Below are positions 1 through 8,345 of a stretch of 36,717 nucleotides of DNA, piece after piece; positions within the stretch are counted from its first letter, which is position 1; the number at the start of each line of letters is the position of its first letter. The position numbers were made by a program, and so were the translations under genes. The notes below the pieces were generated by a model. That model saw nothing but the letters and a program-made list of their open reading frames with translations. It was not told the origin of the DNA and made no database searches. Source of the DNA: a virus (lineage: Duplodnaviria; Caudoviricetes). The stretch is taken from IMG/VR virus record IMGVR_UViG_3300040985_000803, positions 1 to 36,717 of that record; one strand, written 5' to 3'.

Positions 1-2
1 AG

Positions 3-100
3 GATTTTATGGACTCTGGGAATGCTATTGAGTTTGCTGGTTCTTTTGGGGCGAACGACTCATACCTGCGCTATCAAAACAGCGGTGATCTTGGAGAGGA
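3..100. repeat. Terminal direct repeat, left copy (98 bp); indicates circular assembly of a complete phage genome
   Basis: 3-100 is identical to 36620-36717; the two preceding bases differ (AG vs CA). Confidence 0.95.
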
Positions 101-170
101 TAGTTCGGGGAATGGGAACGATTGGACAAATTCCGGGGTGACACAAAGCGCGACTGTACCGTCGTTTTGA
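3..170 (+). CDS. C-terminal end of LamG/ConA-like tail protein (continues from 36101 across the circular junction)
   Basis: Frame DFMDSGNAIEFAGSFGANDSYLRYQNSGDLGEDSSGNGNDWT...VPSF* ends at TGA 168-170; LGxDSSGNGNDW motif is typical of LamG-type phage tail proteins. Confidence 0.8.
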   Translation, partial: DFMDSGNAIEFAGSFGANDSYLRYQNSGDLGEDSSGNGNDWTNSGVTQSATVPSF

Positions 171-271
171 TTTGTTCTTTTGCACTTAGGCACCATCAGG
201 CGACGGCGAAAGCCCGACACAAGTACGCGCACGATAATCAACGGTATCAATCCCGATAGGAGCAAAAGCTC

Positions 272-505
272 GTGAGCAACAACGATGATCGGCCAATCAC
301 AAAGCACGATCTTGAATTGATGGGCATAAACCCTGACGATCACGATCAACTACGTGCATTCCGTAAAGACCTTGAGTGGGCACGATCTAATCGTGTTCGT
401 TGTGCGACACTGACGGGCAAGATCATCACGTATGTCGCGCTCGTCGTGGCTGGTGGTACTGTTGCTCTGTTCTGGGATGGGTTCAAAGCGAAAGTAGGTG
501 GGTGA
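272..505 (+). CDS. Small membrane protein, holin-like
   Basis: GTG start with AGGAG upstream; one C-terminal TM segment (IITYVALVVAGGTVALFW); first gene of the lysis region. Confidence 0.6.
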   Translation: MSNNDDRPITKHDLELMGINPDDHDQLRAFRKDLEWARSNRVRCATLTGKIITYVALVVAGGTVALFWDGFKAKVGG

Positions 506-792
506 TGTCTGAGGAGCGGCGAACCTCGATCAATTGGCACAGCATCGTGAAACAGTTACCGCTGTTCGTGTTGATGGGGTCCGTCATCCTCGCCATCGCC
601 AAGCTGTACTTCGATGTCGCGTTCATGTCTCAGCATCTCAACCCGGAAGCCCTCGCCAAGTGGCAAGCCGACCAAGCGACCGGCAAGGCGCAGCGAACGA
701 GTACGCAAGACATTAACGACCGGCGCTGGTGTATGCTAAAGCGCACCTTCCAGGGTGCCGACCAGCACCAGCTAATGGAGTGCATGGATTGA
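505..792 (+). CDS. Membrane-anchored hypothetical protein (lysis region)
   Basis: ATG at 505 overlaps the upstream TGA; TM segment LPLFVLMGSVILAIA. Confidence 0.6.
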   Translation: MSEERRTSINWHSIVKQLPLFVLMGSVILAIAKLYFDVAFMSQHLNPEALAKWQADQATGKAQRTSTQDINDRRWCMLKRTFQGADQHQLMECMD

Positions 793-1178
793 TCTACGAG
801 CATTGGAAACAGGTTCCGAGAACTGACAATGCGTGGCCTTATCGGTTCTTTACGCCCAAGGAGATTGCCTGCCGAGGCACCGGGGGGCTTGTGGTGGTAC
901 ACGGCTTCGTTGATCGCCTGGACAAGCTGCGTTCTCTATTTGGCTCTCCTTTGCGCCTTAACAGCGCCTATCGCAGTCCCGTCCATAATGCTTTGGTGGG
1001 CGGCGCGCCGTTATCGCGGCACAAGTTCGCTGATGCAGGCGATCTATCGACGGTTGGTCAGGATCGAGAACTGATCAAGCGGCTGGCCGAGAAGGTGGGG
1101 TTTACCGGGTACGGCCATTATGACACGTTCTTGCATGTTGACTTGGGCCGTCCTCGCCAATGGGGCAAATGGGCATAG
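789..1178 (+). CDS. Endolysin, peptidase M15A (D-Ala-D-Ala carboxypeptidase-like Zn peptidase)
   Basis: Motifs F..KEIACRG, SAYRSPVHN..VGGA..SRH...A.D, FLHVD; TTG start overlapping the upstream stop. Confidence 0.9.
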   Translation: MIYEHWKQVPRTDNAWPYRFFTPKEIACRGTGGLVVVHGFVDRLDKLRSLFGSPLRLNSAYRSPVHNALVGGAPLSRHKFADAGDLSTVGQDRELIKRLAEKVGFTGYGHYDTFLHVDLGRPRQWGKWA

Positions 1179-1184
1179 GAGTAT

Positions 1185-1670
1185 ATGATGGGTTTTCTTG
1201 TAACATTATTCGCGGGTCCGTTCGCTGGCATCTTGGGGTCGCTGATCTCTGCCGGCACGTCTTTCTTCGAACGCAAGCAGAAGATGGAGGAACGCGCTGC
1301 CGAGATGGCGCAAGAGATCAAGCTGCAAGAAATGAACATCGCCGCTCGGGGCCAGGAGATGGAGAACGAGGCTCTCATTGCCCATACAAACGCCGTCGCC
1401 CAGCAATTGGAGGCATCCTACCAGCACGATGCGAGTTATGGCCCTGTGGGGCAGACAGCGGCTACTGTGCTGCGTTTTGTTCGTCCTGCACTGACGTTCT
1501 TGCTGATTGGGTTGGTTGCTCTGATTTATTTCACTATGCCCGACGCTCAGATCGTTGATGATGTTGGCGTGGCGACAAGTCTCGGTGAGATGGTCGTCCT
1601 CAAGGTCTTATTCCTTGCCGAGGCGGCAACCGTTTGGTGGTTCCTCGACCGCCGTAGGACCAACAAATAG
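1185..1670 (+). CDS. Holin (3-TM, GTA-holin-like)
   Basis: AGGAG RBS; N-terminal TM, coiled region, VRP motif before two TMs, WWFxxR and basic C-terminus; follows the endolysin. Confidence 0.7.
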   Translation: MMGFLVTLFAGPFAGILGSLISAGTSFFERKQKMEERAAEMAQEIKLQEMNIAARGQEMENEALIAHTNAVAQQLEASYQHDASYGPVGQTAATVLRFVRPALTFLLIGLVALIYFTMPDAQIVDDVGVATSLGEMVVLKVLFLAEAATVWWFLDRRRTNK

Positions 1671-1685
1671 TGGAGATATGTAGCC

Positions 1686-2021
1686 ATGTTAAAAACGGTG
1701 ATCATGCGGAGCCTTTCTGTGTTGCTGCTCGTTGGTGCGCTAAGTTCGGCACCGGCCTTCGGGCAACTGGTGGGCGTCCACGAACAGATACTTTTCTGTG
1801 TCCCGTACCAGCGGGCTGTGGACTACCTCAAAGCGCAGGGCGAGACGCTACAGACGATGGCGGTCCTGAGTGACCCGTCCATCGTCATAGAGACGTATCA
1901 ATCCAAGGACGACAACTGGACGCTTATCATGCACAGGTCCCGTCCGCACAATGTGGCGTGTCAGATAGCACAAGGTCAGGGCATCGTGGATGCCGCGCAG
2001 GTGCAGGAGATGGGGCTATGA
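1686..2021 (+). CDS. Secreted/periplasmic small protein
   Basis: Sec signal peptide (…LLLVGALSSAPAFG), two Cys, GGAG RBS. Confidence 0.7.
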   Translation: MLKTVIMRSLSVLLLVGALSSAPAFGQLVGVHEQILFCVPYQRAVDYLKAQGETLQTMAVLSDPSIVIETYQSKDDNWTLIMHRSRPHNVACQIAQGQGIVDAAQVQEMGL

Positions 2022-2101
2022 ACCTAATGATCTGGCTCAACCGCGTGTTCTGGCTTGTCATCTTCGCTGCATTGGCGACAGTGGTTTGGGTGGTGGTTTA
2101 A
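2018..2101 (+). CDS. 27-aa hydrophobic peptide
   Basis: MNLMIWLNRVFWLVIFAALATVVWVVV*; ATGA overlap with the upstream gene. Confidence 0.45.
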   Translation: MNLMIWLNRVFWLVIFAALATVVWVVV

Positions 2102-2255
2102 ACACTTGACCAAGTTTCAGGTGTTTTTCCATGATGTCTTCGATGGGAATCGGCGGTTCGATAACGACGTCGCGCGCATGAGCGAACTCTGCAAGCAACG
2201 CCTCGGCCTCGCGTTCGATGGCATCCTCGGCTAAATATGGGACAAATTTTCTCAT
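2058..2255 (-). pseudogene. Truncated ImmA/IrrE-family metallopeptidase (N-terminus only)
   Basis: VPYL...IEREAEALL...IEPPIPIEDIMEKHLKLG resembles ImmA/IrrE N-termini; lies downstream of an XRE gene; no HExxH; resemblance ends near 2108. Confidence 0.65.
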
Positions 2256-2296
2256 CAATCTTCCATTCTCATCTGCATCTGTCGTTAGGTTGGCTA

Positions 2297-2653
2297 CTAT
2301 TTGTCTTTTGATTTCTCCGCCTCACGTGCCAGTTTGGCTACATCATCAGCCGTCATACCCTTTGTCGTCCGCAACAGTGCGGCCAGTTCGCGAGGGTGTT
2401 CCTTGATGATGTCTGACAGATCGGACGAAACCTTCCCGGCGAGGGCCATTAGCTCATCCACATCAATTGCAAAAATTTCAGCGATTTTGCACACCTTGTC
2501 TTCGGCTGGCGGCGGAAACTCGTCCCGCTCGATCTTGGAAAGATAGGTCGGGCTGACGCCGATTTTCTTGGCCATTTCACGCAATCCAAACTCCCGTTCC
2601 TCTCGGATGCTGCGAATGAACGCCCCGAATTTGATATTCCTCCCACTGGTCAT
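2297..2653 (-). CDS. XRE-family HTH transcriptional regulator
   Basis: FGAFIRSIRE...LREMAKKIGVSPTYLSKIERD HTH; GGAG RBS 9 nt before ATG 2653. Confidence 0.92.
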   Translation of the reverse strand: MTSGRNIKFGAFIRSIREEREFGLREMAKKIGVSPTYLSKIERDEFPPPAEDKVCKIAEIFAIDVDELMALAGKVSSDLSDIIKEHPRELAALLRTTKGMTADDVAKLAREAEKSKDK

Positions 2654-2672
2654 GACTTGCATCTCCGTTTTA

Positions 2673-2714
2673 TGTTTAGGTGTCACTATACACATGAAGC
2701 TTATAGAGTGTCAA
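2673..2714 (-). promoter_or_regulatory. Sigma70 promoter of the XRE gene with overlapping palindromic operator
   Basis: Minus strand TTGACA-N18-TATAGT (2714-2685); imperfect palindrome TGTTTAG-gtgtca-CTATACA at 2673-2692. Confidence 0.7.
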
Positions 2715-2717
2715 GTA

Positions 2718-2873
2718 TCAACTCGACGCTTCGGTTTCTTCCTCTGGCTCTGGACTGGGCTCACGGCCCCAGGGCGCATAGTTCGGACCAGCGTGTATTT
2801 CGACTACATCGGACGCTACCATTGCGCCCAAAAGGGCACCGCGCATGCCAAGACCTACCGAGTTATTCACCAT
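2718..2873 (-). CDS. Small hypothetical protein (last gene of the leftward operon)
   Basis: AGGAGG RBS before ATG 2873; MVNNSVGLGMRG... Confidence 0.45.
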   Translation of the reverse strand: MVNNSVGLGMRGALLGAMVASDVVEIHAGPNYAPWGREPSPEPEEETEASS

Positions 2874-3090
2874 GATTGGCCTCCTTTCGTAAATCGGACG
2901 TTGGCGGGCTTGGTAGCGGCATCCATGCTTCCGGGTTTCCAAGGCATGGCGCTTCGTGGCCCCACCATCCGCCAACTTTGGGATGTTCCATCCAGCGGCC
3001 ACAAATGGGATAGGTGCCGGTGCCTGATGACCACAAGAGGATGCGTGTTCCATCCAGCGGCGCTGTCTCAATCGGTTGCCATTCACTCAT
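2863..3090 (-). CDS. DUF551-like phage protein
   Basis: WQPIETAPLDGT.ILL...WMPLP.PP signature. Confidence 0.8.
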   Translation of the reverse strand: MSEWQPIETAPLDGTRILLWSSGTGTYPICGRWMEHPKVGGWWGHEAPCLGNPEAWMPLPSPPTSDLRKEANHGE

Positions 3091-3325
3091 GATCGGCCTC
3101 ACTAGGTAAATCGGACGTATCTCCCAATAGCCCGGCAACTTCCTCTGCCAACTCACTGCTGCCGACTTGTCCGCAAAAGGCATAATCGGCAACATCCGAA
3201 AGCACCGACTTAAGGCGCTCGATTAGATCGGCCGCGCCCAGCATGTCCTCGTCCGCTCCCATTAGGACGGTTTTCAAATGTTCATCATTCCCCCATCGAC
3301 GAAGGCGCTTAGCAAGGTCACTCAT
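3083..3325 (-). CDS. Phage hypothetical protein
   Basis: MSDLAKRLR...AADLIERL motif common in small early phage proteins; overlapping start/stop with neighbours. Confidence 0.65.
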   Translation of the reverse strand: MSDLAKRLRRWGNDEHLKTVLMGADEDMLGAADLIERLKSVLSDVADYAFCGQVGSSELAEEVAGLLGDTSDLPSEADHE

Positions 3326-3498
3326 GCCCACCTCACCACCGGCATAGGGTTGCGCTTCTCACGGACCACCATCTTGCGGTCATCGAACCGTCGCCAGTTC
3401 AGCGCCTTGCGCCATGTCGTTGTGACCTTGGGTGTATCCGTGAAATGCTTGTGGGCTTTTGCGGCGCCACGGCGTCTGTCGTCATCTGAGATATTCAT
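3322..3498 (-). CDS. Small basic hypothetical protein
   Basis: MNISDDDRRRG...; GGAG RBS; ATGA overlaps at both ends. Confidence 0.55.
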   Translation of the reverse strand: MNISDDDRRRGAAKAHKHFTDTPKVTTTWRKALNWRRFDDRKMVVREKRNPMPVVRWA

Positions 3499-3605
3499 TG
3501 CGTCAACTCCGAAATCATTAACAGCGTCAAGCCAATCGCCATGACCCAACCGACGATAGCTAGGCTACCACCGACGACTAAACAGAAATCCTTAAACCTG
3601 CCCAT
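3495..3605 (-). CDS. 36-aa single-TM membrane peptide
   Basis: MGRFKDFCLVVGGSLAIVGWVMAIGLTLLMISELTQ*; AGGAGG RBS. Confidence 0.55.
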   Translation of the reverse strand: MGRFKDFCLVVGGSLAIVGWVMAIGLTLLMISELTQ

Positions 3606-3927
3606 CTTGCGCCTCCTCTATGATAGTGGCTTCACGGTCGATGATCATCGCAATGGTGCGGGCGTAGCCGGCAATGTCGATGATGCTGTCGAGGTGGTTG
3701 GGGTTGTGGACCAACCGCGACATTTTCAAACCGATCATCTCAAGCGCATGACGCACGGCGGGGTTGGGACATGACTGCACTGCCGTCTTGATCAACTGAG
3801 CGCGAAGGAAGTCTTCACGCGGGTGACCGTAGTCTTCACCACGGGTGTCGGTGATGATGCGGCTCTGCCGGTCGAATTCTTCAACAGCACACGGTCCAGA
3901 GCCTAGCCCGTTGTAGATGCTACTCAT
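3592..3927 (-). CDS. DUF6378-like (all-alpha NTP-pyrophosphohydrolase-like) protein
   Basis: RGEDYGHP..DF, KMSRL, HLDSIIDIAGYA motifs. Confidence 0.75.
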   Translation of the reverse strand: MSSIYNGLGSGPCAVEEFDRQSRIITDTRGEDYGHPREDFLRAQLIKTAVQSCPNPAVRHALEMIGLKMSRLVHNPNHLDSIIDIAGYARTIAMIIDREATIIEEAQDGQV

Positions 3928-4169
3928 GACGGGCGGTTCCTCAGTTTGCGGAGCCTCTGGGTGATGGCTTCGGTGGAGCGGTTCAGATGAATGCCCATCT
4001 CTTTATGTGAGAGGTTGTGCTTCACCATGTCGATCAGGTGGCGCTCGTCAGCCTCATCCCAGCCGTTCAGACCATCGTCCAGCGTGAGAGGGCCAACGGG
4101 GCCGGTGATGGTGGTGACGGACTTCCCGTCCGCCGACCATGCGGTCATCTTGAAGGGTGCGGAGTTCAT
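3924..4169 (-). CDS. Small HTH protein (Myb/GcrA N-terminal-like)
   Basis: WDEADERHL.......SHKEMG..LNRSTEAI..RL pattern. Confidence 0.6.
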   Translation of the reverse strand: MNSAPFKMTAWSADGKSVTTITGPVGPLTLDDGLNGWDEADERHLIDMVKHNLSHKEMGIHLNRSTEAITQRLRKLRNRPS

Positions 4170-4180
4170 GCGGCATCTCC

Positions 4181-4357
4181 CTAATTAATTGTTGATACTT
4201 TTACTTGGTTGGCGATTATGGTCTCGGGCCTTGTTCGATCATCAATAAGCGCCTCAAGTGTGTTGGCGGCTTCTGCGCTGTTCTTGGCTTCATGGTGAGC
4301 GCCAAGTCCCGTCAGGTAAACTTCATCTTCTCGCAGACGTTTTATTAGGTCTTTCAT
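4181..4357 (-). CDS. 58-aa hypothetical protein
   Basis: MKDLIKRLRED...; ATGA overlap with the upstream gene; fills the operon gap. Confidence 0.55.
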   Translation of the reverse strand: MKDLIKRLREDEVYLTGLGAHHEAKNSAEAANTLEALIDDRTRPETIIANQVKVSTIN

Positions 4358-4581
4358 TGTATGTATCCCAGGCTCTCTATGGTGGCGGCAAGCTGGGCTT
4401 GCCTAGCTTCACGCTTTGCACTGAAGCGCCGCTTTATCTCATGCTGATGACCGCAATTGCGGCATTCCCATGCTTGCCCAACATACTCGGCTTCTTCGGT
4501 GTAAACGGAAACTTTATCTGCAATCGCGCCGCCGTTTGGGGAACATGCTTTGCATTTGTGGTTGCGTTTCATATTAGCCAT
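4354..4581 (-). CDS. Zn-ribbon protein
   Basis: CKAC...CRNC pairs; purine-rich RBS; lies just after an internal promoter. Confidence 0.65.
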   Translation of the reverse strand: MANMKRNHKCKACSPNGGAIADKVSVYTEEAEYVGQAWECRNCGHQHEIKRRFSAKREARQAQLAATIESLGYIQ

Positions 4582-4604
4582 TTGTTTATCCCTTTCCTCC
4601 CATT

Positions 4605-4633
4605 ATATTAGCCGATAGCTAAAGGTGCGTCAA
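4605..4633 (-). promoter_or_regulatory. Leftward sigma70 promoter with palindromic operator
   Basis: TTGACG-N17-TAATAT on the minus strand; TTAGC-CGATA-GCTAA at 4608-4622. Confidence 0.75.
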
Positions 4634-5202
4634 CCCTCATAATGCATATCTTCGGGACGAATGTGGCGCCAAGAACGACCAGCCTTTATGTCACTTATGG
4701 CAGCCGGCCCAACGGGATAGTCAAGAGATATGGTCTTAATGGCCTCTCCCAATAGCAAGCGGCTCTTAATGCGGGCGACATCTGTGTCTGTTAACTTTGC
4801 GGCAGGACATTTCTCGCCAGGGCCAGACCTACCCCCCATGACGCCAAGAACGGTTCCTGCGTGGCGCATATTCTCTGCATGTGTACACCATTCTAAATTC
4901 GATACGTGATTGTTGTGCCTATCGCCGTCTTTGTGGTTGACCTGCGGACGACTATCGTCTGGCTCCAAGAAGGCTATGGCGACGAGGCGATGAACAAGCC
5001 ATGGTTCCTTCCTTTCCCCATCGCATAGGGTCACTCGTGGGTATCTTCGTTTACCGGCGGCGGCTGACAGCGTCCTTCCCTTGATAAGGTTCCTCCCGCT
5101 CTGTTTCCTCGTCACATACCTGTCCATGCTCCTGACTCTGCCAAAGTTGGAGACCTGATATAGCCCTTCAAAGTTTTCGACGTTACGCCAAACATCTTTC
5201 AT
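4630..5202 (-). CDS. NUMOD4-HNH homing endonuclease
   Basis: WR.V..FEGLYQVSNFGRVRS (NUMOD4); VHRLVA.AF...VNHKDGD..NN..SNLEW....N..H (HNH_3). Confidence 0.93.
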   Translation of the reverse strand: MKDVWRNVENFEGLYQVSNFGRVRSMDRYVTRKQSGRNLIKGRTLSAAAGKRRYPRVTLCDGERKEPWLVHRLVAIAFLEPDDSRPQVNHKDGDRHNNHVSNLEWCTHAENMRHAGTVLGVMGGRSGPGEKCPAAKLTDTDVARIKSRLLLGEAIKTISLDYPVGPAAISDIKAGRSWRHIRPEDMHYEG

Positions 5203-5627
5203 GCCAATGCCCTCACTTCTATCTCCAGTGTTTCGGGGTCAAGCCCCGGTATTAATTCTGTACAAATGTATCCTATTGCCTTCTCAAAGAAGGTGTTGAA
5301 CTCGTTTTGCTGCATACTCGCGAACGCTATGGACGCGGGCGTCTTACGCTCGAACCATTGGCCATGGTATTTAATGTGAGTTGTCGTGGATAGCCCGCAC
5401 GCCAGCTTGATGGAGTCGCTCGCTTCGTCTTTTGAGGCAAAATGGTTCTGGTTGTTATCAAAGGCTATGCCGACTAAAGCCCAGTATAGCCGAAGTTGTC
5501 GGATGGAGCGAGGACGTGTAAATTCAAGAAACACGTCCTCGCCCATGGTGATTTTGGCCCAGTACCCCTTCCCGGTGTCATCTGCCGGCGCGAATCCTGT
5601 CGGCGTTTTGCGGTATAAGGCTTTCAT
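5199..5627 (-). CDS. DUF1367/NinB-like protein
   Basis: RPRS..QLRLYWAL, P.SIAFASM.Q.EF..F motifs; next to ssb. Confidence 0.7.
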   Translation of the reverse strand: MKALYRKTPTGFAPADDTGKGYWAKITMGEDVFLEFTRPRSIRQLRLYWALVGIAFDNNQNHFASKDEASDSIKLACGLSTTTHIKYHGQWFERKTPASIAFASMQQNEFNTFFEKAIGYICTELIPGLDPETLEIEVRALA

Positions 5628-5638
5628 CTCGGCCCCCG

Positions 5639-6082
5639 CTAAAACGGTACATCCGAGTCTAAGTCATTCTGCGATTGACCGGCGCCATCGCCCCAGCCTG
5701 GATCGTCGCTCTGTTCTTGCTGTCCCTCGTTCTGACGCTCACTCAGCATCTGCAATTCGCCGCGATAGTTCTGCATGACGACCTCTGTGGTGTACTTCTC
5801 CACGCCATCGTTGCCGGTCCATTTGCGGGTCTGGAGTGCGCCCTCAAGGTAGACCTTAGAGCCTTTGCGGAGATATTGCTCCGCGATGTTGGCGAGGTGT
5901 TCGTTGTAAATGACAACGCGGTGCCACTCGGTCTTTTCCTTGCGCTCGCCGGATTGCTTGTCCTTCCACGATTCAGACGTGGCGATAGACAGGTTGGCGA
6001 TTTTCGCGCCCGCCTGGGTGTGCCGGACCTCTGGGTCGCGGCCCAGGTTTCCAACGAGGATAACTTTGTTGACGCTGCTCAT
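5639..6082 (-). CDS. ssb: Single-stranded DNA-binding protein
   Basis: [26 protein letters not shown], acidic tail DSDVPF. Confidence 0.97.
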   Translation of the reverse strand: MSSVNKVILVGNLGRDPEVRHTQAGAKIANLSIATSESWKDKQSGERKEKTEWHRVVIYNEHLANIAEQYLRKGSKVYLEGALQTRKWTGNDGVEKYTTEVVMQNYRGELQMLSERQNEGQQEQSDDPGWGDGAGQSQNDLDSDVPF

Positions 6083-6852
6083 CGCACCACCACCTTTCTG
6101 TCTTCGTAAATTGTCACGCCCTGGAGTTCACGGCCTCCAGATTTGATATAGGCGCGGACAGCCTTCTCAATCGCATCGACGTGGATAAACGGGCGCAGCT
6201 TCTCAAGATCGACCACGTCCTTGTTGAGGTCGCGGAAATCCCACACGGTTCGGAGGCTGGATACGGACCCGCCTTCGTTTGAGCGGGTTCTGGAGAGGTC
6301 GGCGGCGCTTTGCTGCGCGGCCCTGGAGGCCTTCTCAGCGTCAACAGCCTTTTCGTGGGCCGTTTCCTCCTTTTCGATGGCCTCGCCTATGTCCTGCTCC
6401 ATAGCGAGCGCGTCAGCGGCTATTGCGGCCTCTTCTGCGGCCTTCTCTGCGGCAATACGTTCCTCTTCCGCAATTTTGGCAAGGCGCTGGCGTTCAATCC
6501 GCTCCTGCTCGCGCTGCCATTGTGTCAGGTCGGCTGCGGCCTTGGTCTTGAGGTCGGCCAGGGTTTCGGATTGCGTCTTGAAGAAGCCGTCTACCGTTCT
6601 CCCACCCTGTAGGAACCCTTCCTTCTCAGATGTGCGGCGGGTGTTGGCGTCCTTCATCACAGCGGAAACGCTTTTGATGTAATCCCCGACAGACCCTGCC
6701 GAGACATTACTTTCGATGTCTGGCAGTGAGTGAAAGGAATCCGTCAACTCGTGAACCCGCTTGATGAGGTCGGCGTGGTCTTCAGTGAGCCGGTCCTTTA
6801 GTGGGTTAACGTCTACGGGTGCTTCGTTGTGTCCAATTTTACCGAGTTCCAT
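6079..6852 (-). CDS. Coiled-coil phage protein of the recombination module
   Basis: ATG 6852 overlaps the erf stop with AGGAG upstream; IGHN start, long Ala/Glu coil, C-terminal [12 protein letters not shown]. Confidence 0.75.
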   Translation of the reverse strand: MELGKIGHNEAPVDVNPLKDRLTEDHADLIKRVHELTDSFHSLPDIESNVSAGSVGDYIKSVSAVMKDANTRRTSEKEGFLQGGRTVDGFFKTQSETLADLKTKAAADLTQWQREQERIERQRLAKIAEEERIAAEKAAEEAAIAADALAMEQDIGEAIEKEETAHEKAVDAEKASRAAQQSAADLSRTRSNEGGSVSSLRTVWDFRDLNKDVVDLEKLRPFIHVDAIEKAVRAYIKSGGRELQGVTIYEDRKVVVR

Positions 6853-7508
6853 TATGCTTGCTCCTGTAAGAGTTTCTCGTGGGTTTCTGCGATGACCTTC
6901 TTGAGGCCGGCGCTGTTCGCGGTGCCGTTCCACCACTGCGGCAGATCGTGCATCAACTGCTGAATGACTTCGACCTCATCGACTTGGAGGCCGTTGAGCG
7001 TGTCAATGTCAGAGGCTTGAACGATGGCGGTGTGGACGCGCCGACCTTCAGCCTTGAGTTCTGACAAGCCAAGAGGCCCAGCCCATTCGCGTTGCGCCTT
7101 CTCTCCGTCGTCGTCCTCGCTGGAGGCGACATTCATCGCGGCTTGGAGGCCATAGCGTCTGGCGTATGAGTGAGCGGACCCGAAGGCTTGCATCGTCACG
7201 TTGCCTTTCTTGTCGGGCGTTAGCATCAAGGGCGCGCCTTCGTCTTCGATCCACTGCCCAGAGGAGTGGCAGATGCGGGTCAGCATGAAGGCTTGCATCG
7301 TCTCGCCAACCTGCCGGTGGACAATGCCCTGGAAAGCTGACAGGCCGTTCTTGCCCATTGGCTCGCGGACTGAATCAACAATGTCTTTGTGCGTTGAATA
7401 CATGGATTGGTGATATTTATTGTCGCCCGTTTTCTCGGCGGGCTTCATCTCGGCTTGGGCTTTCGCCATCGCGTTGAAAAGTGAGTCAGTCTGTTTTGAG
7501 GTCTTCAA
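6852..7508 (-). CDS. erf: ERF-family single-strand annealing recombinase
   Basis: HSSGQWI, GSAHSYARRYGL, EDDDGE signature; TTG start with AGGAG. Confidence 0.9.
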   Translation of the reverse strand: MKTSKQTDSLFNAMAKAQAEMKPAEKTGDNKYHQSMYSTHKDIVDSVREPMGKNGLSAFQGIVHRQVGETMQAFMLTRICHSSGQWIEDEGAPLMLTPDKKGNVTMQAFGSAHSYARRYGLQAAMNVASSEDDDGEKAQREWAGPLGLSELKAEGRRVHTAIVQASDIDTLNGLQVDEVEVIQQLMHDLPQWWNGTANSAGLKKVIAETHEKLLQEQA

Positions 7509-7638
7509 GGGTCTCTCCTTTTGCTAAAAGTTCATCCGCCTTACGTGCGGCTTTGTCGGCTGCGAGGGCCGGATCGTGGCCACGCTCGCAGTATTTGTCA
7601 TAGAGCTTGTCGAAAAGCTTTTGCCAATCCTTGCTCAC
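7486..7638 (-). CDS. 50-aa hypothetical protein
   Basis: GTG start with AAGGA upstream; MSKDWQKLFDKLYDKYC...; fills the operon gap. Confidence 0.5.
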   Translation of the reverse strand: MSKDWQKLFDKLYDKYCERGHDPALAADKAARKADELLAKGETLEDLKTD

Positions 7639-7639
7639 G

Positions 7640-7837
7640 TTAATTTCCTTTCATCCGGTCCCGCATCCAGTCAGCCTGGGCGCAAGCGTTATCCACCATC
7701 CTCTCGTGTGCAATCTCACTTGCCCAACTCTCAACTTCCATTTCGTCGGCAGGTGAATAGTCCCCGTCTGGGTATAGTTCCTCTAGACGTTCCTCCACCA
7801 ACTGCTCGTGTGCAGCTATCCACATTTCCTTACTCAT
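7640..7837 (-). CDS. Small acidic hypothetical protein
   Basis: MSKEMWIAAHE...; ATGA overlap; GAGG RBS. Confidence 0.6.
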   Translation of the reverse strand: MSKEMWIAAHEQLVEERLEELYPDGDYSPADEMEVESWASEIAHERMVDNACAQADWMRDRMKGN

Positions 7838-8130
7838 GCTTCCTCTCCTTTGGCCTTGGCGATGGCGGCGCGGCAAGCGTTCGCAGCATCACTACGACCA
7901 TTCCCCAGGCCCTCAAGAATCGTCAATGCGAAGTCACATGCATCCAGCAATTCCGGTGCGGCGGCGATTAGATGGGCGTTGGCCTTTCTGTTGCCATCCT
8001 CTGGGTGACCGATCACGCTTGCAACGGTTGGGCTATACCTCTTAATCGGCCCGCCCTTTACACATGGGATACATATATCCCAATAATGGTCGTTCCTGAT
8101 TGCGCCCCAAGGCCCGGGTGTGTGGTTCAT
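7834..8130 (-). CDS. Phage hypothetical protein (HTPGPW family)
   Basis: HTPGPW...ANAHLIAAAPELL...AAIAKAKGE is a widespread phage motif. Confidence 0.85.
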   Translation of the reverse strand: MNHTPGPWGAIRNDHYWDICIPCVKGGPIKRYSPTVASVIGHPEDGNRKANAHLIAAAPELLDACDFALTILEGLGNGRSDAANACRAAIAKAKGEEA

Positions 8131-8333
8131 GACGCCTCTCCGTATTTCGCACGCGCTTCGCGCTCAAGCTGGACGCGCTGGTTCATGCCGAGGGGGTAAT
8201 GCTCAAGGACTTGCTCCAGAGCCGGACCCAGATCGACGGGGTTGTATGGGTCTTCTACGCGAAGACGGAGGCCGTAGACGGCTGCGTCGTAGAGGTCGTC
8301 CATTCTGCAATACTGTTTGATTGACTTATGCAT
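8127..8333 (-). CDS. Small hypothetical protein
   Basis: Coupled ORF in the leftward operon, AAGGGG RBS. Confidence 0.6.
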   Translation of the reverse strand: MHKSIKQYCRMDDLYDAAVYGLRLRVEDPYNPVDLGPALEQVLEHYPLGMNQRVQLEREARAKYGEAS

Positions 8334-8345
8334 CTGTCTGTCCCC

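Noticed and set aside
3-100. Biological direct terminal repeat
   Set aside because: It falls in mid-gene and its length is close to a typical assembly k-mer, so it is more likely a circular-assembly overlap
171-271. Intergenic stretch with a GGC-GAAA-GCC tetraloop; riboswitch or ribozyme candidate
   Set aside because: Stems are too short and the conserved cores of c-di-GMP-I riboswitches or hammerheads are not matched
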